Shown here in pieces: positions 25,650-37,005 of a stretch of 64,000 nt of DNA. The stretch is from positions 25,856,001-25,920,000 of the forward strand of contig NC_058368.1 of NCBI RefSeq assembly GCF_018350175.1. The letters are read 5' to 3'. The notes below the pieces were generated by a model. It worked only from the letters and a program-made list of their open reading frames with translations. It searched no databases and had not been told where the DNA came from. This stretch comes from Felis catus (taxonomy: Eukaryota). Positions within the stretch are counted from its first letter, which is position 1. The number at the start of each line of letters is the position of its first letter. Both the position numbers and the translations under genes were made by a program.

Positions 25650-27980
25650 GAAAAAAAAAATTTTTTTTTAATGTTTATATTTTTGGAGAGTGAGTCGGGG
25701 GGGGGGGCAGAGAGAGAGAGACAGACACAGGATCTGAAGCAGGCTCCAGGCTCTGAGCTTTTAGTACAGAGCCCAACACGAGGCTCAAACCCACAAACTG
25801 CGAGATCATGACCTGAGCCGAAGTCGGGTGCTTAACTGACTGAGCCACCCGGGTACCCTCACACTGAACTTCTAAAGCCCTAACTTTCCTCCTCTCTACA
25901 TTGCTTTCTCTTCAAATAAGCTATCTATGCTTTCTGGAACAATTTCTCCTGCCCTCTTTGCTGAGACATCTCCAACTCATCAGTCTTCAGTTTAGACATT
26001 TTCTCAGAGACAAAGACTTTTTCTCATTTCTTTAGGTTAGTTGAGATTCCCCTGTCATGGTTCCATAGTATTTTGTCTCATCCTTTTTTTTTTTTTTTAA
26101 ATTTTGTTAACGTTTATTTATTTTTGAGACAGAGAGAGCATGAATGGGGGAGGGTCAGAGAGAGGGAGACACAGAATCTGAAACAGGCTCCAGACTCTGA
26201 GCTATCAGCACAGAGCCCGATGCGGGGCTCAAACTCATGGATGGTGAGATCATGACCTGAGCCGAAGTCGGATGATCAACCAACTGAGCCACCCAGGCGC
26301 CCCTTGTCTCACCTTTTGAATCACTCATAATGTTAGATGTTTGTGTAATGTCCATATTCCCCACTACCCTGCAGGTTGATTAGTGTGATTATCTGGGACT
26401 ATGTCTAACGTACTCATTCATTCAACAAATACTTCCGAATGCCCCTAGGGAGAAGACAAAATCTCCGTCCTCAACATTCCAGTGGGGAGAGGTCAACAAT
26501 AAACAGAAAGAAGCAGTAACAGATGGTATCTGAGGTGCTGACAGATGCTATGGAGAGAATTAAAGGCCGGAAGGAGAGACGAGTAAAGGGAAGAGGAGAT
26601 AGTAATTTTGAGCTAGGAGGTCAGAAACGACCTCACTAAGGTGACATTCCAGCCCAACACGGAAGCTCTGAGAGGCAAGTCACATAGATATCTAGGGGAA
26701 GACCACTCTGGGGAGACTTTGCAGGAAAGAACAGTCAGGGGCAGGAGCCTGCTGGGCGTAAGTGAGGAGGTACAGCAAGGAGCACAGTGTGGTCAGATTG
26801 ACGTTAAGAGAGAAAATCACGGAGCTCAAGGAGACATTACAATGTGTAGGGCTCTAGTTTCAATTTTATTAAAAAAATTTTTTTTAATGTTTATTTAATT
26901 AAAAAAATATTTATTTACTTTTGAAGGAGAGAGAGACAGAGCATGAGTGGGGGAAGAGCAGAGAGAGAGGGAGACAGAATCCGAAGCAGGCTCCAGGCTC
27001 TGAGCTGTCAGCACAGTGTAATGGCTCTGTTTTTTTATTGTTTTTATTTTTCATTTTTCTTAAGTAATCTCTACGTTTCACATGGGGCTCAAGCTCACGA
27101 CACCACAATCAAGAGTCGCACGCTCTATGGAGCCAGCCAGGTGCCCCAGGGTTTGGCTTTATGTAGAGAGAGGAGGAGCAGTGTGATAGTTCTGAGTGTG
27201 AGTGACACAATCTGACTTCATTTTACCCAGGCTCTAGCTGCCGTGTTGAGAGGAGGTAACAGAAAAACAAGGTTTAAAATATCAAGACCGATAAACAGAT
27301 GAACTATGATTTGACTTAGACTAGGGGAGGAGCAGAAATGGTTGGACTGTGGATGTCTTTTGAAGGTGGGAGGAACTAGACTTGTTGACAGACTCATTCC
27401 TATGACCATGTGCTTCATACACTGTAGCAGGTACTCTCTAAGTAGCTGTTGAAGGAAGGAGTAAATCACTCTGAAGTTCATGGTCTTAACCACTGCATTA
27501 TATTTTCCTTGGTAACAGCCACAGTGTAACTGCTCAGTTCTCAACAGAGATGAACATCCAGGAAGTTACTACAGAATAACAGACTGAACAGGTGATCTAA
27601 AGCATTAAGAACTGGGCATAAGGGGCACCTGGCTGGCTCGGTCAGGAGAGCAAACAACTCTTTTTTTTTTATTAAAAAAAAACACCACTTTTTAAATTTT
27701 TTTTTTTTAATTTATTTTTGAGACAGAGCATGAGCAGGGGAGGGGCAGAGAGACAGGGAGACACAGAATCCGAAGCAGGCTCCAGGCTCTGAGCTGTCAG
27801 CACAGAGCCTGATGCGGGGCTCGAACTCACGGACTGTGAGATCATGACCTGAGCTGAAGTCGGTGCTTAACTGACTGAGACACCCAGGCGCCCCGAGAGC
27901 AAGCAACTTTTGATCTTGGGGTTGTGAGTTTGAGTCCCTTGTAGAGTGTAGAGATTACTTAAAAGTAAATCTTTAAAAAT
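25650..27980. mobile_element. CAN-SINEs in GPALPP1 intron 4 (25650 -, 26083 -, 26870 - truncated, 27030 - short, 27623 + short split by 27660..27894 -)
   Basis: Consensus heads and tails; nested copy flanked by gagagcaa(a/g)caact. Confidence 0.88.
26400..27550. mobile_element. L2 fragments interrupted by SINEs
   Basis: tcattcattcaacaaatactt (L2 3' end, reverse) and aaggtgacatt..., ggatgtcttttgaagg motifs. Confidence 0.6.
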
Positions 27981-28711
27981 AAAAAACTTAAAAAGAAACA
28001 AAAAAGAACTGGGTTTAAGCTTTGGCTTTCATTAGTGCAAAGTGTGCAATCTTGGGTAAGTTACCAAATTTCTCTGGTTTTTAGTATCTGTCAGATGGCG
28101 GATAATATCTATTTCATAAGGTTGCAGAGAAAATAATATCCATATATGGGGAAAAAGCATTACAAATTACAAAGTACTCTACAAATCTCAGCTATTGGTA
28201 AGGACCAGGCCTCTAACAAGAAAACAGCTTTCATACTTGACTCTAAAATCATTGACCTATCTTTTCATAAAATCATTTAACCACCAGCTTTGTTAAATAC
28301 AGGCACCAGAGATGGATGGATAAGAACTAATTTCAAGGTAGACCATTATCAAAAAATTCCTCAGCTGTCTTTTTTTCAGGTCAAATCACCATGGTTCCTT
28401 AAACTTTTCATCATGTTGTATTTTCTGGCACTGTAAACATTGCCTTCAAGGATGAGAAGCATGAATAGATCACATTCTGTCAACATGTAACTGCCTTGTT
28501 ATTTTTTTATAACATCTCAGTTCTGTGACAAGCTTCTGATTTAGTATACCTTACAATCCTAGATTAATGTGGATGCAACTGTGTGACTGTGTTATTAGTT
28601 ACATTTGAGCCAAATGATTACATAGTTATTACTCTGCAAAGTCTTGAGTTTGTTACATCTTATGCTTTAATCAAAAAATTTCCAAACCTCATAGTTGAAA
28701 TATGATGACAC

Positions 28712-28796
28712 TTGTTGTCCTGGATCATCTCGGCCTTTGTCACTTTTCTGAGTAGATTTAATAAAACCAGGTGGTAATGCAGGACCTATTATAGGC
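28712..28796 (-). CDS. GPALPP1: GPALPP1 coding exon 4 (85 nt; possible 24-nt extension to 28688)
   Basis: Acceptor tttttcag|G; PIIGPALPPGFIKSTQKSDKGRDDPGQQ; weak donor CAA|GTGTCA, with a second in-frame donor GAG|GTTTGG 24 nt further on. Confidence 0.9.
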
Positions 28797-29617
28797 CTGA
28801 AAAATAAAATGTACCTTTAACATTCTCCCTGATTTTCAAAAGCAGTTTTTAGAATAAGCGTTCACAAAAAAGAAAAAAAAAAAACCAAATACTAACAAAT
28901 GTTGAAGATGAGAATTTCATGTAACATATTTTTTGTATTTTATAACCTAGTATTTTTCTATAGTATCTTAAAAAAATACAATTTTCTCATTTTTATTTTC
29001 TATTTGTTAGTCAATGCTAAGATACTGAACCAGTAATTCTCAATGGCAGTGATGTATTTCTGTTTCCTTCAAACAACCCCTAAGTCGTTCCATTTTCTGG
29101 GTGAGCAAAATAAGGCCCAAGGACACCACAAACTAGCAAGTGTCAGTGCTGGCGTTTGAACCCTGGTCTCCTCGATGCCAAAGTTCATTTTCTTTCAAGG
29201 TGACCTATTGCTACATTTCTGAGGGGACTGACATCAGTCCAAATGGGAGAAGTGCCTAAAATCTGGGGCTTACAAAGAGAAAGCCTTACTTCAGGGAAAA
29301 AATAACAGAGACAAGATATTTTCTACTCTCTTTCATACTTTACGTTTCTTAATTCTTTCTTTCATACCAGTGTTTTCCCCAGAGATGTCGCTGTACCAGT
29401 ATTAACAAGCAAGATGGCAATGAAGTCCTAAGCTGACTTTTCCAGGTTGCACTGTGTGCAATCAGAGCCTCACAGACAGGCTTCCTAGCAGAGGAAAATT
29501 GGTACTGACTCAGAAGGTCTGGGTTCTGATCCTGGCCATTGAACAGCCAAATACAACTCTCAAGAAAGACGTTGCTGTACTTCTAATAATGTGCTTTCTT
29601 GAAAGGAATGTTATGAC

Positions 29618-29780
29618 CCAGTGGTTAGCAAATTTTCTGTAAAAGGCCAGAGAGGACATTTTAGGCTTTGAGGGCCATATATATATGGGTCTCTTAGGCA
29701 TGCCGGTCTTTGTTTTTTAGATGACCCTTTAAAGATTATTCTCGGCTTGGTGGCATACAAAGTCAGGCAGCAGAGAGTCT
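29618..29780. mobile_element. hAT-Charlie DNA transposon relic (MER58-like)
   Basis: cagtggttagcaaattttctgtaaaaggccag...ttttaggctttgagggcca matches the recalled MER58 terminus. Confidence 0.6.
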
Positions 29781-29869
29781 AGCCTTATTTCCAAAAGGTC
29801 CAAAGTTAACATGAAAATTGGAGCTGATAGATAGGATTGTAAAGTTTGAATATAAAATATACGATAGTT

Positions 29870-30065
29870 GGGGCGCCTGGGTGGCTCAGTCTGTTAAGCA
29901 TCCGACGTCGGCTCGGTCACGATCACGCAGTTTGTGAGTTCGAGCCCTGCGTTGGGCTCTGTGCTGTCAGTTAGGAGCCTGGAGCCTGCTTCGGATTCTG
30001 TGTCTCCCTCTCTCTCTGCCCCTCCCCCACTCACGCTCTTTGTCTCAAAAATAAATAAAAAAACC
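29870..30065 (+). mobile_element. CAN-SINE
   Basis: ggggcgcctgggtggctcag head, CT tract, A tail. Confidence 0.92.
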
Positions 30066-30236
30066 ACATTAAAATATACAAGTCTTTTTGACTTGTTCTT
30101 GCATACTGGTAACAGTGCTCTGAATTATAAACAAGGTGGTGTGCAATTATGTATTCAGCATTAAAAACTTTAATTCTGAGAAGATAGCAATCAAAACTTA
30201 CTATATGCTTACCTGGGGCCAGGCATCATGTAAGAG

Positions 30237-30237
<1 letters not shown>

Positions 30238-30268
<31 letters not shown>
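30238..30268. repeat. (CA)n microsatellite
   Basis: cacaca... run. Confidence 0.97.
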
Positions 30269-30273
<5 letters not shown>

Positions 30274-30799
30274 TACACGTATGTGCATGTATGTAAATAT
30301 GAAATCTCAATCATCACAATTTTGAAAGGTACGTGTTGTTATCTTATTTTTCAGATGGCAATTCTGAGGTACAGAGAAGTTAGTCAAATTGTTTAACGTG
30401 GCACACAGGAATTGTTCTTTCTGTCACCAAATAACTAAGAAAGCATCTAATTTTAAAGGTAAATACCAGGATTCCAGTCCCAGGCCTACTGCTTACTATA
30501 TGTGCAACCTTATCTATTTAAGAAAAGGGCGAAGAGGGATAATGCTGCACTCAGTCTATCACAGAGCACTCTTGTGAACATCAACTAAGGGATGTGGAGG
30601 TTTTTTATAAACTACAGAAGTGTTTATAGGCATGTAAATAATCATTTTTGTTAGAGGAAACAGTTACTTTCCCCTATGCGTTTCAAATGTTCTATAAATC
30701 TGTAAGTTAAAAAACAACTTTGGACAGTGCTTTATTGAATCAACAAACACCTACTGAAATAGTTGGAAAAGACTGGCCTGAAACACTACACATTGTCAC

Positions 30800-30898
30800 C
30801 TTGGAGGAGAATCATCCTGCTTTTTAAATCCGGGAGGAAGAGCTGGTCCAAAAAACCCTTCATCATCATCGTCATCATCCTGAGTTCTCCTCTGTTTT
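30800..30898 (-). CDS. GPALPP1: GPALPP1 coding exon 3 (99 nt)
   Basis: Acceptor tttttag|A; KQRRTQDDDDDDEGFFGPALPPGFKKQDDSPP(R); donor AAG|GTGACA; phase 2-2. Confidence 0.95.
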
Positions 30899-31672
30899 CT
30901 AAAAACACAGTAGCACAACGTTACGCAAATTTTTTTCACAGAGAATTTTAAGTTTTAAAGGAAGCATTAACTCCAACTAGTTGTATGAACACTGAAACAA
31001 TAAATTCATCTTGCCCAATGAGAACAAATGGACACCACAGTTGATCTTATATCAACATTTTCCTGGAATTTATTTTTGGCCTAAAACAGCGCCATATTTT
31101 CTATGGCAGTAGTTTTCTATATTTTCTATAGCGTTAAAGATTCCACTTTACTGAGGTTTCAAAGAGTCTACTTGCTGAATGTTTTTGAGCAAAAAGTTTG
31201 ACGCTAGCTTTTTATCTCATGCAGGAAGGTTTTAAGTTGCTAGTTCTGTCTTATCTTTAAAACACATCAAAAAACCCTTGCTACCCAATACTAAACAAAA
31301 ATTCCACTTTTCTTTACATGGACCCATGGCAAGGAAGGGTAGTTAGAAGGAAATCATTCATTTACTTAAGCAAAAACCGTACACTGCATAAATAATTTCT
31401 AAAAGAAATCCTATGGCTCATCTAGAATATGTATTTAGACACTTCAGTAATACCTTAAGAAAAAATCTTTTAGATAAGAATTTAATTGAAATCCTAGATG
31501 TCTCCACAACTATCTACTACAATAAATTTCCTTCTAGAAGGTGTAGTTCCTGACGAAATGCCATATGAAACGATTTCTTCCTGTGCTATAAAAATACAGA
31601 TATGGCATTCCTGACTATCTGTTCCAGTCAAAGTATACTAGGTTTGAAGCTTGGTTTATTTAAGTGACTGAC

Positions 31673-31805
31673 CTTGCACTTGGACCAGAGTCATCTTCTT
31701 CAGATTCTTGATTTCCTTCTTCGTACAATGAACTACTGTCCTCATCACTGTCTGATGACTCTGAGCTACTGCTTTTATAATTAGGGGGTAAAGCTGGTCC
31801 TGCAA
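31673..31805 (-). CDS. GPALPP1: GPALPP1 coding exon 2 (133 nt)
   Basis: Acceptor cctatag|TT; (V)AGPALPPNYKSSSSESSDSDEDSSSLYEEGNQESEEDDSGPSA(R); donor AAG|GTCAGT; within ORF-track 31660..31842. Confidence 0.96.
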
Positions 31806-32633
31806 CTATAGGAAATTTCTTGTTTAAGTCACAATTGGTCATAATTGTTGCAATTATGCATAACTGTGCAATTATGCATAAAATGTTTCAATGAACCCCT
31901 TAGCCAACACTTTATACTTTATTTTCTATTTTTATAAAAGTATACATTTTATATTTTCTTACATGATACATCTTCCCAGCACTCGCTGGCTATTACTTAT
32001 TATGAACTTTTATCTCATTTGTTCCTGTTTTGTGCACAAAACAAATAGGGGAAGGGACTCAGATTAAAAATGGAAGGACTAGCCTTAGAAGAAGGTAGTG
32101 CACCTTTTCTATTGTAATCACAGGGAAGACAAAAAAGCTGAGCAAAGATTCAGTGAAGTTTTCAGGCATAGTGCAGAAAATAGTTAGTTTTTTTAAGATG
32201 GCATTTACTTTTCCAGTGAAGTAGAGGGAAAGACAGTCTGAGGAAGAAAAAGAGGCTTTTAAAAAACCATGGTTGAGATTAGGGAGAGAACTGCATGGGG
32301 AAACTGTCCGAGGACTGCTGGGCACAGCTGAGAACCCAATTAGGGAGGAGACTAATTTTTCGTAACATTAGCCTGTGGAGCTGTGAAGTTTTTTCTAGCA
32401 GCATTTGGAAGGCTGGATGTAGGCTCATGAGAAGGTAAACATTTGGAATGATCTAGAGCTGGGTTTTTGCCAGATGAGTTTAACAGAATACTGAATGGGT
32501 AAGGCAGCTGAAAACATTGCAAGAGAATGGATGAATTGATGGACTGTGAGGTCTAAGTCAAATAGGGGCAGAAGCAATTAAAAGGAGGAGGCCAAAAAGG
32601 ATAGAAGGCAGGGTCTGCAGAGCTCAATGAGGT

Positions 32634-32637
<4 letters not shown>

Positions 32638-32676
<39 letters not shown>
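32638..32676. repeat. (CAA)13 trinucleotide repeat, intronic
   Basis: caacaacaa... run. Confidence 0.97.
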
Positions 32677-32791
32677 AGTCTAACAAGAATAACTGAATGA
32701 GAATGATAAGGGGTTCTTGCTGAGAAAGAAACTTGAATTTAAGTTTTCAGAGATAGAACAGAGTCCAGTGTGTGATTAGAAATGCAGCTGA

Positions 32792-33019
32792 GGGGCGCCT
32801 GGGTGGCGCAGTCGGTTAAGCATCCGACTTCAGCCAGGTCACGATCTCGTGGTCCGTGAGTTCGAGCCCCGCATCGGGCTCTGGGCTGATGGCTCAGAGC
32901 CTGGAGCCTGTTTCCGATTCTGTGTCTCCCTCTCTCTCTCTGCCCCTCCCCCGTTCATGCTCTGTCTCTCTCTGTCCCAAAAATAAATAAACGTTGAAAA
33001 AAAAAATTAAAAACAAAAA
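32792..33019 (+). mobile_element. Young felid CAN-SINE
   Basis: TSD agaaatgcagctga at 32778..32791 and 33020..33033. Confidence 0.95.
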
Positions 33020-33364
33020 AGAAATGCAGCTGAAATTCGTGGAGGTCATGGTCATTGCAGAGTCTGAAGTTGGAGTCAAAATAGCGAAGGCTCCACCTAT
33101 TTTCCATAAGGCAGCATCTGGAGTACGTGGACTGGTCCTGAGAAAACATCTCCACACCCCTCTCCCCGAGTTTTCTAATGACATGATCTCAGGGAACATT
33201 TCCCAGCATTCAATATTCCAAGGTATTTGAGTAAAGTTAATTTGTTCCGTCTCAGACCTGTGTGCTCACTCCCTCTTCCAAACTCAATGATCTCTTTCAG
33301 GAGGGTAGCTGAGTATGAGGAACACAGGACAGATATCAGACTGGGTTCAAGAATCCCCCACCTG

Positions 33365-33730
33365 AGAGAAATTCTGGTGCATGCTACAACATGGATGAAC
33401 TCCAAAGACGTTACGTTAAGTGAAAATGCCAGTCACAAGAAGATAGATACTGTATGATTCCACTTATCTGAGAGACCTAGAGTAGTTAAATTTACAGAGA
33501 CAGAAAGTAGAATGGTGGCTTCCAGGAACTGGGGGAAATGGGAACAGGAACAGGGACTTACTGTTTAATGAGTACAGAATTTCAATTTTGCAAGAAGAAA
33601 AGCATTCTGGAAATGGATAGTGGTGATGGTTGCACAATGTCAATGTACTTAGTGATGAACTGTACGCTTAAAGGTGGTTAAGATGGTAAATGTTATGTGT
33701 ATTCTACCAGAATGAAAAAGAAAAAAACTA
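33365..33730 (+). mobile_element. L1M (L1MA/MB-like) 3' end
   Basis: catgctacaacatggatgaac...tatgattccacttat...gagacagaaagtagaatggtgg...gatggttgcacaat; typical L1M 3'UTR ending in an A-rich tail. Confidence 0.8.
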
Positions 33731-34330
33731 GATGCACATTTGTGGTCACATGATTTACAAAGAAAGTGACATTACAGTGCAGTATGGAAGGGAGGGTGAT
33801 GGATCAATTAGAAACCTATGAGGAAAAAAATAAATCTTCACCCCTACCTCACACCATATACAAGTATCAACTCCAGATGGACTGCAAATATAAACGTGAA
33901 AGATAAAACAGTAATGCTTGCAGGATAAAACAAAGGAGAATAACTCTGTAACCTCAGAAGAGGCAAAGACTACTTAAATAGGGTACAAAAAGCTCTAACC
34001 ATAAAAGAAGAAAAACTAAAAATCAGAATGTACTGAAATTAAAAACTTCTGTTCATCAACACATACAAATGAGAGGGAAAAGGCAAGCCACAGAATCAGA
34101 GGAGATATTTGCAACATGCATAACTGAAAAAATGACTTGTCCAGACTACATAAAGAACTCAACAACAACAAAAACAACAAAGAACTCAACAGGCCAGTAA
34201 GGAAAGACAGATCAGTGGAAAAATGAACAGAAGACTGATTTTAGCAGTATGTACTAAAGCTGAATGTAGACATATCCAGTGATCCAAAAATTTCAAAAGG
34301 AATGCAACATGTATTCACTAAAAGGTAGAG
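33730..34330 (+). mobile_element. Ancient L1M ORF2 3' fragment
   Basis: ccctacctcacaccatatac, aaattaaaaacttctgttcatca, gatatttgcaacatgcata motifs. Confidence 0.7.
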
Positions 34331-34789
34331 CAAACATTAAAGGAGATAGAAATGCATGAAGAGTCTATAAAGCATTTATTTGGCAAATACCATATTAAGG
34401 CTAGAAGACCATACCATAATGGTGCAAGCAGATATGCTGACAAGTTATTCAAAAAAGTGTATTAAATATATGATGTAACTAAGTGGAAGAAAACCCTGTG
34501 GGGGAAAAAGAGGGCATGACAATGCTTGGGAGAGTTTGGAAATGCTTCACTGAAGCCTTCGCTGACACTGAAGTTGGGCCTCGGAGGATGGGGTAGGAGT
34601 TCGTCAGGTATGTCAAAAAATGCAGAGTGGGGCCAGAAAGCTCCTAGAGAATTTAGAAACTGCGCAGTACTGAACTAGTTCAATACTGGGCTGTGTGTGT
34701 CAGGTACAATGTCAGGAGGAGAGGCTAGGAAGGCAGGTCGGGGGTTAAGGAGCAAAGCATCCCCTGCAAGAGCCATGAACACTGCTCGT

Positions 34790-34985
34790 CAGAAGGCAAT
34801 ATGGCACAGAGGTTAGGAGCACTGGCTGTGTTCTAAATTGGGCTCCACCATTTACCAGCCGTGTGATACGGGCAACAGCCTGGGCTTCAGTGTTCCCGTT
34901 TATAACATGGAAATGATCATCTTTACTTCATACGGTTTCTAGGAGGATTAAATGACAATGTGTATCGATCGTTTGGCACAGGGTC
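34790..34985 (+). mobile_element. MIR at the edge of the CpG island
   Basis: ggttaggagca..ctccaccatttaccagccgtgtgat..gggcaa..cttcagtgttccc..ggaggattaaatga. Confidence 0.7.
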
Positions 34986-35232
34986 CGGCCCGTTAACCGT
35001 TACATGGGAATACATCTTTATTACAATGATTACCATCCCCCCCCGCCTCGCCCCGTTCCAGCGCCACCTCCCCGCTACCGCTACCGCTAGAGAAGCAAAG
35101 TTAGCTCCGGTCCTCCTCGCCCACTTGCCACTGCTCCACCGTTTCAGGCCTTAGATCTCAATTCCGAGAGTGGGACCGGGCCAGAAAAGGGGCGGACAGG
35201 CCTGGCGGGCAGCGTACACGCCGGCCGCTTAC

Positions 35233-35320
35233 CAGGGCTGGGGTCTCGCTCCTCGTCCTCTGCTGTCCCGCGAGCCTTGAAGCCGGGCGGCAGCGCCGGC
35301 CCGATCAGATCCCTCGCCAT
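35233..35320 (-). CDS. GPALPP1: GPALPP1 coding exon 1 (88 nt)
   Basis: ATG at 35320 (minus) reads MARDLIGPALPPGFKARGTAEDEERDPSP; donor CTG|GTAAGC; phase 1; lies in CpG island; matches recalled N-terminus of mammalian GPALPP1. Confidence 0.96.
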
Positions 35321-35542
35321 CCGCGGTGGCGGACACCGGTCTAGCCTACAACCCTATCCACGCAGCGTCAAACCTACCCAAAAGGCAGCCCGGGATCCGC
35401 CGCAAACGGCAGGAAGTTTTTCCGGCGCCGACCAATGACGTAGCGGCCCGTGGTTGGCAGAGTCCTGTAATTCACGAGACCGGAAGTGACGCATAAAGCT
35501 TGCTCCATATTCGCATGCTAGGTTCTCTACCTGGCTGGAGGC

Positions 35543-35945
35543 ATGGCTGAGCCTGCTGGTGGTTTCGTGACTTCTAACGGGTGGCTTCCAGCATCCGAGC
35601 TGACCCCCACGTTGGGGCCTCTGAGAGACACTGCTTCACTGTCCGACAACTGGATGTTCTGGGCAATGCTGCCGCCGCCACCACCGCCTTCGTCGTCGCC
35701 TCCCGTACGAGGATCAGAGCCTTCCTCAGGGGAGCAGCACCCCCAGGAAGCCCAGGCTCTCCCCGAGGCGCCTCCTCCCTTCGACGCCCAGATTCTTCCC
35801 GGGGCGCAGCCTCCCTTCGACGCCCAGTCCCCCCTTGATTCTCAGCCTCAACTCAACGGCCAGCCTTCCTGGAATTTCCAGGCTTCTACATCGTGGTACT
35901 GGAGACAGTCTCCTGGTGTTTTTCCTGGATATCAGAACACTCCGG
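35543..35945 (+). CDS. NUFIP1: NUFIP1 coding exon 1 (403 nt), proline-rich N-terminus
   Basis: Strong Kozak ggcATGG; MAEPAGGF...NWMFWAMLPPPPPP...PPFDAQILPGAQPPFDAQSPLDSQPQ...WNFQASTSWYWRQS; donor CCG G|GTAGGC; phase 1. Confidence 0.95.
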
Positions 35946-36099
35946 GTAGGCTATTACTCTTTTCCTTACCGCCCCTTTACTTTTCTTCTTCCCTTCTTCC
36001 CTTTCCCACTTTTCCCTTTCTCTACTTTTGATTCTGCCCTGCACTCTTGGGGGTCTCGTCAGTTAAGGTCTCACAATTTGACCGGAATGTTTGCTCTGA

Positions 36100-37005
36100 T
36101 TGTTCAGTCTGTTTAGCCGCTGAGGAACTGGGAATATAGCAGTGAACGAAACATAGAAAAATCCCTATTTTTATGTAGCTTAACATTTCCTGGTGGAGAC
36201 AGAATTAAAAAAAAAAAAAGCAGTGTGTATTAGAAGACAGTGAGTGCTACCTAGAGAGAGAAAGCAAAGAAGGCGATAGGTAGTTCTGGTGTAATTGTCA
36301 GTGTCAGTCATAATGAAGGTGACATTTGAGCAGAGCCTTCAAGGAGGTGAGTGATCAGAGCTATGGGGACCGCTGGGGGAATAGGATGCAGGCAGAATGA
36401 ACATCAAGTGCAAAGAGCTTGAGGCAGGTGCTATAGATCAGAATGGAAGCCACTGTGGCTAGAGGGGAGCAATCCTGGGGTCGAATTGTAGAAGACTGGG
36501 GAAGAGGACAGACCTGCTAGGGCCTTGTAGACGATGGGATTTTGACTATTTACTCTTGTGATAAGGATAGTGCGGGGGAGTGGCATAATTTATGTTTTAG
36601 AAGGATTAATGTGGCTACTCATGGGAATTGACTTAAAAGGAGATGAGTTAGGAAGCTATTGCAGTTATTCAAGTGAGAGATACTGGGGACTTGGACCAGG
36701 GCGGAGCTCTGGAGGTGATGAGAAGTGTTGGATTCTGGATCTGTTTTGAAGGTAGGTTTGGGCCAACACGATTTGCAGGCTGTGAGGTAAACTCAAGACA
36801 AGAATAACTTAGTTTTTTGCCAGTCAAGCAGAAAGATGTGGATTGAACAGATTTGGAAGAAAGACCAGGAGTTCAGTTTGGAATACATGTCAAGAAGATA
36901 TATCAAATAAGCTGTTAGTTTGTGCTTTCAGGGGAGATTTGTGGCTAGAGCTGTGAATTTGGGTGTCATCTGCATACAGATCGTATTTAAAGCCATGAGA
37001 TTGTT
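36100..37005 (-). mobile_element. L2 fragment in NUFIP1 intron 1
   Basis: gaaggtgacatttgagcagag, ggaagctattgcag, gagaagtgttggattctgg, ggagttcagtttgg, tatttaaagccatgaga. Confidence 0.75.

Larger units (their letters stand above)
34950..35960. promoter_or_regulatory. CpG island / bidirectional promoter shared by GPALPP1 and NUFIP1
   Basis: Largest and densest CpG-rich non-SINE stretch in the window; spans both first exons; no TATA; CCAAT 35432..35436, TGACGT 35436..35441, GGAAGT 35412..35417, CCGGAAGTGACG 35480..35491. Confidence 0.92.

Noticed and set aside
35581..35838. 85-aa alternative-frame ORF inside NUFIP1 exon 1
   Set aside because: Starts at GTG in GC-rich sequence where stop-free frames are expected; no independent support.
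35946..36031. C-terminal part of ORF 35543..36031 as protein
   Set aside because: Read-through past the exon 1 donor into a pyrimidine-rich intron; the spliced frame continues in exon 2.
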